Assembly (NCBI GenBank): GCA_028709215.1
Contig: JAQVXI010000002.1
Span: 12,212 to 76,211 of the forward strand
Direction: 5' to 3'
DNA from: Bacteroidales bacterium
Lineage (GTDB): Bacteria; Bacteroidota; Bacteroidia; Bacteroidales; UBA1402
DNA: 64,000 bases
Shown: in pieces, positions 57,909-64,000 of the stretch
How positions within the stretch are numbered: position 1 is the stretch's first letter
Layout of the letters: each line of letters opens with the position of its first letter
Program-made: the position numbers and the translations under genes
The notes under the pieces: generated by a model
The model's input: only the letters and a program-made list of their open reading frames with translations
Told to the model about the DNA's origin: nothing
The model's database searches: none

Positions 57909-58646
57909 TTACTTTCGTGCAAGATAGCAGCTGCACGTCCCCATACTATACGTTTCGAAGGAGGTTTGGACAAAACCTGCCTGATTCAACAATCGAAGCA
58001 TATCCTTGCCCTGTGGGACCAATTGAATCGATTCGGGCAAATACGTGTATGCACGGGCATCCTTGGTAAAGATTCTTCCAGCCATCGGCATCCAAATCCG
58101 GGCATACAGATAGAACAGTTGTTTCATGGGGAAACGAGCGGGTCTGGATAGTTCCAAAAAAACCAAACTGCCACCGGGTTTGAGTACACGATGCATTTCT
58201 GAGAGGCCTTTTGCAATGTTCTCAAAATTGCGTACTCCAAAGGCCACTGTAACGGCTTCAAACTGCTCCTTGGGAAAGTTTAAGGAAAGACAATCCTGCT
58301 GCTCTAGTCGAATGTGTGCCTCCAGGCCTCGCGCAGCAACTTTGTCCCGTCCGATGTGCAACATGGCTTCCGAAAGGTCTATGCCGGTAATCTGATCCGG
58401 ATGCAGGTGATCCCATGCTTGAAGCGCAAAGTCAGCCGTTCCGGTGGCAACATCCAACAAGTGGTGTATGGTTTGACCTTTGATTTTGTTCAGGGCCTTT
58501 TTTCTCCAACGGATATCCATGTGAAAAGACATCAGTCGATTCATGAAATCATATTTTGGAGCAATGTTGTCAAACATATGCTTTACCTGCGTATGCTTGT
58601 CAGCCTGATTGTCGTACGGAAGAAGCGATTCGGGTTTCTCGGCCAT
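57909..58646 (-). CDS. menG: Demethylmenaquinone methyltransferase UbiE/MenG
   Basis: MFDNIAPKYDFMN, LDVATGTAD, VAFGVRNF, YTYLPESI. Confidence 0.93.
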   Translation of the reverse strand: MAEKPESLLPYDNQADKHTQVKHMFDNIAPKYDFMNRLMSFHMDIRWRKKALNKIKGQTIHHLLDVATGTADFALQAWDHLHPDQITGIDLSEAMLHIGRDKVAARGLEAHIRLEQQDCLSLNFPKEQFEAVTVAFGVRNFENIAKGLSEMHRVLKPGGSLVFLELSRPARFPMKQLFYLYARIWMPMAGRIFTKDARAYTYLPESIQLVPQGKDMLRLLNQAGFVQTSFETYSMGTCSCYLARK

Positions 58647-58680
58647 TATTTTGTATCTTTGCTTATATAAACATTTACCT

Positions 58681-59184
58681 ATGAAGATTGGTTTGCTCTC
58701 CGATACGCATGCGTATTGGGATCCTCGTTACGAATATTATTTTAAAGACTGTGATGAAATCTGGCATGCCGGAGATATGGGTTCACCGGAAATTGCCGAT
58801 CGCATGGCTCAATTATCCGTATTTAGAGCGGTTTACGGCAATTGCGACGGAGCCCCCTTGCGTCAGCGCTTTCCACTATACGACACGTTCGTTCTGGAAG
58901 GTGTTACTGTTTTGATGACGCACATCGGCGGGTATCCCGGAAAATATGCACCGGGCATCGCTTCGTTGCTGGAGAAAACCCAACCGACGTTGTTTGTTTC
59001 CGGACATTCGCACATCTTGAAAGTAAAATACGACTCCGTACACAAATTGCTGCACATCAATCCGGGCGCTGCCGGACATCAGGGTTTTCATACCGTCCGC
59101 ACCTTGTTGCGTTTTGAACTAAAGAGCGGACGCATAGAAAACCTAGAAGTCATCGAACTCGCCGATGACGTCAAACCGCTTTAA
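58681..59184 (+). CDS. YfcE-like metallophosphoesterase
   Basis: SDTH, HAGD, GNCD, THIGG, GHSH, NPGAAG; -7 box at 58654-58661. Confidence 0.92.
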   Translation: MKIGLLSDTHAYWDPRYEYYFKDCDEIWHAGDMGSPEIADRMAQLSVFRAVYGNCDGAPLRQRFPLYDTFVLEGVTVLMTHIGGYPGKYAPGIASLLEKTQPTLFVSGHSHILKVKYDSVHKLLHINPGAAGHQGFHTVRTLLRFELKSGRIENLEVIELADDVKPL

Positions 59185-60016
59185 AGCTGATGTCCAAACT
59201 TTTGACCGAATGGGTTAAGGCACCAACGGAAATGTAGTCAACGCCACATTCGGCATACGCACGTAGCGTATCGAAGGTTATACCACCGGAGGATTCTGTT
59301 TCGAAACGTCCTGCAATGCGTTTGACCGCTTCGCGGGTCGTTGTTGTATCAAAGTTGTCCAGCATGATGCGATCAACCTGTCCATAATCCAGCACTTGTT
59401 GCAATTCATCCAGTGATCGAACCTCAATTTCGATCTTCAGTGCCTTTTTGTTTTCTTTTAAATACTGATTGGCTCCTTTGATGGCCTGAACGATGCCTCC
59501 GGCAAAATCCACGTGGTTGTCTTTCAGAAGAATCATGTCATACAGACCGATGCGGTGGTTGACTCCTCCGCCCAAACGTACCGCTTCCTTTTCCAGCAGT
59601 CGCATACCCGGAGTTGTTTTGCGCGTATCCAGAACCTTCGTTTGGGTTCCTTCCAAAGCCTTTACATACCGACGTGTGGTCGTTGCGATGCCGCTCATGC
59701 GCTGCATGATGTTGAGCATCAATCGCTCGGTTTGCAACAAGGAGTGGATGCGTCCCTTCACGTCAAAGACTACGTCACCGGGTTTGACCTCGCAGCCATC
59801 CGTGATATAAACCGTAACGTGCAGTTCCGGATCAAAGAATCGAAAAACTTCTTTTGCAACGTCCACGCCGGCAACGACACCGGCATCTTTGATGATGAGT
59901 TGCGAGCAACCTTGCGCTTCTTTGGGAATGCTTGACAGGGTCGTATGATCTCCGTCTCCGATGTCTTCGGCAAATGCCCGCTGTAAAAAGGGGATTAAAT
60001 CTTCTTGCAAATTCAT
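59171..60016 (-). CDS. nadC: Nicotinate-nucleotide pyrophosphorylase (quinolinate phosphoribosyltransferase)
   Basis: EDIGDGDHTT, DTRKTTPG, LKDNH, IMLDNF, DYISVGALTHS. Confidence 0.97.
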   Translation of the reverse strand: MNLQEDLIPFLQRAFAEDIGDGDHTTLSSIPKEAQGCSQLIIKDAGVVAGVDVAKEVFRFFDPELHVTVYITDGCEVKPGDVVFDVKGRIHSLLQTERLMLNIMQRMSGIATTTRRYVKALEGTQTKVLDTRKTTPGMRLLEKEAVRLGGGVNHRIGLYDMILLKDNHVDFAGGIVQAIKGANQYLKENKKALKIEIEVRSLDELQQVLDYGQVDRIMLDNFDTTTTREAVKRIAGRFETESSGGITFDTLRAYAECGVDYISVGALTHSVKSLDISFKAV

Positions 60017-60119
60017 GATGTATGGTTTCAAATCGTAGGACAAAAATACAGAAAAATAAGCGTGTGGACGATTGACAAGCCAAAAATCCGTAACTTGCAT
60101 TCAAATAAGATGGATTTTT

Positions 60120-60593
60120 GTGAAAATAGTACTACTCCTTACCGGAAAAACGACCGAACCCTGGATTCGCTCCGCCATTGAATCCTACGAAAAGCGTCTG
60201 AAACACTATGTTGGCTTTCAGATTGAAGTCATTCCCGATTTAAAATCGACCAAAAACCTGACCGAGGATCAGATTCGAACGCGTGAAGGAGAAATGATTC
60301 TGTCTTGGAATCGTCCCGGCGATCGCATGATCCTGCTGGATGAACGGGGGACGGATTATTCTTCTGTCCAATTTGCGGACTTCATGCAAAAAATGCTCAA
60401 TGCAGGTACGCGACAACTGGTTCTAGTGGTAGGGGGTGCCTATGGGTTTGCTCCGGAAGTATATGCCGCTTGCCCTGAACGATTATCGCTCTCAAAAATG
60501 ACGTTTTCACATCAAATGGTACGCATCTTTGCTGTGGAACAGTTGTATCGGGCCTTTTCGATCCTACACAACAGTCCTTACCATCACGAATGA
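60120..60593 (+). CDS. rlmH: 23S rRNA m3-pseudoU1915 methyltransferase
   Basis: GTG start, 157 aa; LLDERG, VVGGAYG, SLSKMTFSHQMVR, EQLYRA, PYHHE. Confidence 0.96.
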   Translation: MKIVLLLTGKTTEPWIRSAIESYEKRLKHYVGFQIEVIPDLKSTKNLTEDQIRTREGEMILSWNRPGDRMILLDERGTDYSSVQFADFMQKMLNAGTRQLVLVVGGAYGFAPEVYAACPERLSLSKMTFSHQMVRIFAVEQLYRAFSILHNSPYHHE

Positions 60594-61489
60594 TGGGTTT
60601 TCCTCCGTTTGTATAGCTGCCAACTGTTGACCATATTCTGCCACAGGACATACGATGCCGGTCCGAGTGAAGCGACCGGGTGGAGGAAAGTTTGTGCCAT
60701 CCAGATAGCCAAAATCGTATTTTTTTGACCCAGAGACTGACCTCCGGCAATGGTCTTTTTATAGCGTTTTCCCAACGCACGACCCAGTAGAAACTGTCCG
60801 GCACAAAGCAGCAACGCAATCAGTGCAATGCTGCTGTTTAAAATCCAATCCGGATCCGTCTGGTTGAATAAATAGTGAACGGTTCGGGCTGTTACAACGG
60901 TCAAGGCGATTGCCCAAAGATAGAAGGATAAACTTTGAAAGCCTGAAATGAATCGATGCACAGTTGGGGTGTACCGCTGCATGCTCCAGGCAAGAATCAG
61001 GGGGAGTGTCAGTAGGGGTACCACCTTTTGACAGATGTACCAAAACGATGTCCAAAAGTCCATATCGGGATTGGATCCGGTTAAGCTGAACAAAATTGGA
61101 GCCGTAAGTGCCACCATTAGATTCACAACCAATGTGTAGGTCGTGATGCTGGCGACACTTCCACCCAGCATGCGTGTGACTACGGCTGCCGCTGTCGCAG
61201 TGGGTGCCAATACGACGATGAGTGCGGATTGAGCGACAATCGGGTGGATGGGCAGGAGCAGGAGATACAACGCAATGCTGCCAAACAATTGTATGGCCGC
61301 GAGCCAGGCATGCAAGGGGTGCAGGCGGATTTTTCTGGGAGAAAGTTTGGTAAAGGTGAGCAACAACATCAGAAAAATCAGGTAGGGTGTTGTGACGGAG
61401 AGCTGGTTGAAAAAGGGATAGAACAGGCTACCCGCGAGCATGGCAATCACCAGCGTCCAATCTTTGATAAATCGTATTATTGGTTGCAT
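60584..61489 (-). CDS. Bile acid:Na+ symporter (BASS)-like transporter
   Basis: APTATAAAVVT, GQSLGQKNT, about 10 TM; -7 box at 61538-61545. Confidence 0.8.
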   Translation of the reverse strand: MQPIIRFIKDWTLVIAMLAGSLFYPFFNQLSVTTPYLIFLMLLLTFTKLSPRKIRLHPLHAWLAAIQLFGSIALYLLLLPIHPIVAQSALIVVLAPTATAAAVVTRMLGGSVASITTYTLVVNLMVALTAPILFSLTGSNPDMDFWTSFWYICQKVVPLLTLPLILAWSMQRYTPTVHRFISGFQSLSFYLWAIALTVVTARTVHYLFNQTDPDWILNSSIALIALLLCAGQFLLGRALGKRYKKTIAGGQSLGQKNTILAIWMAQTFLHPVASLGPASYVLWQNMVNSWQLYKRRKTHHS

Positions 61490-61550
61490 ACAGACTTCTT
61501 TTGGCAAACTTTTTGGGTTGTGCCGTTGTTTACAGGACAAAAGTACAAAA

Positions 61551-64000
61551 ATGTCCATCAAAAACTATACGGTTCGAGGCATGACCTGTTCTGCATGTGT
61601 CAATCATGTGGAAAAAGCGGTCAAGGGCTTACCCGGGGTTCAACATGTGGAAGTCGAATTGCTTACCAACCGGCTTCGAGTGGAATTTCAAGAGGATATG
61701 ACGGTGCTGCCGGATATAGAGGCAGCGGTCAAGCATGCCGGATATCAAGCGGAAGCTCAAGATGCCTCCGGTACTCCACGTGACTCGAATACGACGGATT
61801 TTGCTTCTGTGTTAAAAGAAGAATCTCAATCCATGCAACAACGCTTTCTCTATTCCGTTGTATTTTGGTTGCCCATGTTCTATCTTGGAATGGGGTCAAT
61901 GCTGGGTTTACCGACACCCGGCATTTTTGAAGGCTCCGCAGGAGGAACGGTGAACGCACTGACTCAATTGCTGCTTTTGGTTCCCATTTTAGGACTCAAT
62001 CGATCGTATTTTGTATCCGGCTCCCGTGCATTGTGGCAACGGAGTCCTACCATGGATAGTCTGATTGCCATCGGTTCATTTGCTGCGACCTTGCAGGGAG
62101 TCGTTGCTTTTTATGGCATGTTGTTGACTTCCGAACATTCTGGTGTGCATCATCTGTATTTTGAGTCTGCAGCGACCATTCTGACCTTGGTTACGATGGG
62201 TAAATGGATGGAAAGCCGTTCCAAATTGAAAACCACCGATGCCATTCGTGGATTGATGCAGCTGACACCGCTTACTGCTTTGCGCATCGAGTCGGATCAA
62301 ACCCGTGAAGTCCCGGTTTCTGCGTTGAAGCCCGGAGATGTGTTGCTGTTAAAGCCGGGTCAGACCGTTCCTGTAGACGGTGTCGTCTTGACGGGTGAGT
62401 CTACGGTGAATATGTCTGCCTTGACGGGTGAAAGCATGCCTGTACGGAAGACGGTGGGCGAGGAGTTGCTTGCATCGGGCATCAACCAGCAAGGTGCGTT
62501 GACCTATCGTGCAACGGCTGTGGGGGTAGACACCCGTTTGTCTAAGGTGATCCGACTGGTTGAGGCGGCGGCGGTATCAAAAGCGCCCATCTCACAGCTG
62601 GCCGACCGGATCAGTGCGGTCTTTGTTCCCATCGTTCTGGTGGTAGCTTTGTTGGCTTCGCTGACTTGGGCCCTTTTGGGTGAACCGGCTTCTGTGGTTT
62701 GGTCCATCGCGATTTCGGTTTTGGTCATCTCTTGTCCCTGTGCTTTGGGCTTGGCTACCCCGGTTGCCATAATGGCCGGAACGGGGAGTGGGGCACGCAT
62801 GGGGCTGTTGTTTCGCTCTGCGGCGGCTTTGCAGCGTTTGAGTGCCGTACAGGCGGTTGTTTTAGATAAAACCGGGACGCTAACCCAAGGAAAGCCGACC
62901 CTTCGTGCTCTATGGACTTCTCCCGATGTGCGTGAATCGGATGTCTTGCACGTGGCATCCGGATTGGAACGTTTTTCCGAACACCCTTTGGCCACCGCCA
63001 TATTGGAAGCTGCTGCGGCACGAAATCTTCCGGCAAAAGTGATGACGGATTTTCAGAGCCGTTCCGGTCTGGGCATCGAAGCACATGCCGAAGATGGGTT
63101 CTATTCCATCGGAAATATCGAATGGATGCAGTTGAAAAAGATGGACGTATCGCTTGCTTCCAACTGGGCTGACGGGGAAGCCAAACAGGGGAGAAGTCCG
63201 TTGTATGTTTCCGGCCCCAATGGCTTGATGGGGGTGCTCTCTGTGGCCGATGTTTTAAAGCCGGAAAGCAAGGAAGCGGTACAGGCATTGCACCAACTGG
63301 GTTTGACGGTCTATATGATGACCGGAGATCATTTGGATGTCGCCAATGCCATCGCTGAAGAATTGGGTATATCCAACGTTTTTGCCGGTGTGATGCCCGA
63401 AGATAAGGATTCAAAAGTGCAGGGTTTGCAACGAGCCGGAAAAGTCGTACTCATGGTTGGTGACGGCATCAATGATGCTCCGGCCTTGGTGCGTGCCGAT
63501 GTGGGGATGGCCGTGGGTTCGGCTGCCGATGTGGCTTTGGATGCAGCCGATGTCGTTTTGAGTCACGGTCGTCTAACGGATGCGATCGAGGCCATCCGAT
63601 TGAGTCGTTCTGTGATGCGAGTCATTCGTCAAAATCTTTTTTGGGCGTTTTTTTACAATGCGATTGGCATTCCTTTGGCTGCAGGCGTTTGGTATGCGGT
63701 GAGTGGGCATGTGCTTTCGCCGATGTTTGCTGCGGCTGCCATGAGTCTTAGTTCGGTAACCGTCGTTTTAAATGCCTTGCGATTGCGGTATATTCAATCA
63801 ACAAATCAAAGAACAAAACAAGTGATTACAATGAAAACGAAGATGTATATTTCTGGGATGACCTGCGCTCATTGCTCCGGTCGGGTATCCAATGCGTTGA
63901 ATGCCTTGGAAGGCGTGGATGCACGTGTGGATTTAGCGGATGGTACGGCTGTGGTAGAACATCCGAACCGCGTTTCACAGTCTTCTTTAAAAGCAGCAGT
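61551..64000 (+). CDS. copA: Cu(I)-translocating P1B-type ATPase, 3' truncated by window edge; absent from the ORF track
   Basis: One frame from ATG 61551: GMTCSAC (N-terminal HMA), TGES, CPCALGLATP, DKTGT, WAFFYN, MSLSS, second HMA GMTCAHC near 63855. Confidence 0.95.
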   Translation, partial: MSIKNYTVRGMTCSACVNHVEKAVKGLPGVQHVEVELLTNRLRVEFQEDMTVLPDIEAAVKHAGYQAEAQDASGTPRDSNTTDFASVLKEESQSMQQRFLYSVVFWLPMFYLGMGSMLGLPTPGIFEGSAGGTVNALTQLLLLVPILGLNRSYFVSGSRALWQRSPTMDSLIAIGSFAATLQGVVAFYGMLLTSEHSGVHHLYFESAATILTLVTMGKWMESRSKLKTTDAIRGLMQLTPLTALRIESDQTREVPVSALKPGDVLLLKPGQTVPVDGVVLTGESTVNMSALTGESMPVRKTVGEELLASGINQQGALTYRATAVGVDTRLSKVIRLVEAAAVSKAPISQLADRISAVFVPIVLVVALLASLTWALLGEPASVVWSIAISVLVISCPCALGLATPVAIMAGTGSGARMGLLFRSAAALQRLSAVQAVVLDKTGTLTQGKPTLRALWTSPDVRESDVLHVASGLERFSEHPLATAILEAAAARNLPAKVMTDFQSRSGLGIEAHAEDGFYSIGNIEWMQLKKMDVSLASNWADGEAKQGRSPLYVSGPNGLMGVLSVADVLKPESKEAVQALHQLGLTVYMMTGDHLDVANAIAEELGISNVFAGVMPEDKDSKVQGLQRAGKVVLMVGDGINDAPALVRADVGMAVGSAADVALDAADVVLSHGRLTDAIEAIRLSRSVMRVIRQNLFWAFFYNAIGIPLAAGVWYAVSGHVLSPMFAAAAMSLSSVTVVLNALRLRYIQSTNQRTKQVITMKTKMYISGMTCAHCSGRVSNALNALEGVDARVDLADGTAVVEHPNRVSQSSLKAA

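Noticed and set aside
61229-63414. ORFs 61229-61783(+), 62504-63001(-), 62755-63414(-)
   Set aside because: Shadows of the BASS gene and the CopA frame; no recognisable motifs
1-64000. tRNA, rRNA, CRISPR arrays, IS/integrase, prophage or defence genes
   Set aside because: No T-loop/anticodon-arm patterns, regularly spaced repeats, transposase or recombinase motifs, or phage genes found by eye; a tRNAscan/Infernal/CRISPR scan would be definitive

Overview
A gene-dense, mostly housekeeping 64 kb segment of a Bacteroidales (Bacteroidota) chromosome. Evidence for the lineage: recurring TAnnTTTG -7 promoter boxes, A/T-rich leaders, Gln after many signal peptides, and the conserved coaX-lptC-ppiD-rlmN-pdxA-lptE-secG and mutY-ssb / HU-rne blocks. 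About 63 CDS are supportable. I saw no rRNA, tRNA, CRISPR array, transposase or integrase. Main content: glycogen phosphorylase (5' partial); scattered fucose genes (fucI, fucP, a FucR-like GntR); a TetR + beta-barrel + LolCDE-like ABC + LolA-like cassette; a PL11 rhamnogalacturonan lyase; a SufR-like regulator divergent from SOD; a divergent NDK-like protein; a Na+-pumping methylmalonyl-CoA decarboxylase operon; a TetR-TolC-MFP-RND-PII-like operon; and envelope, translation and cofactor genes. Two real genes are absent from the ORF track: a 30-aa bS22-like ribosomal protein (52163-52255) and a Cu P1B-ATPase running off the end (61551-64000). Best candidates for poorly described biology: (i) a SufR-like Cys-rich sensor facing sod across a CAAG-N6-CTTG inverted repeat; (ii) an NDK-fold protein with a large insertion and intact catalytic residues; (iii) a TetR-linked second Lol-like trans-envelope system; (iv) a PII-like protein ending an RND operon. 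Family assignments come from motif recognition and recall, not database searches.
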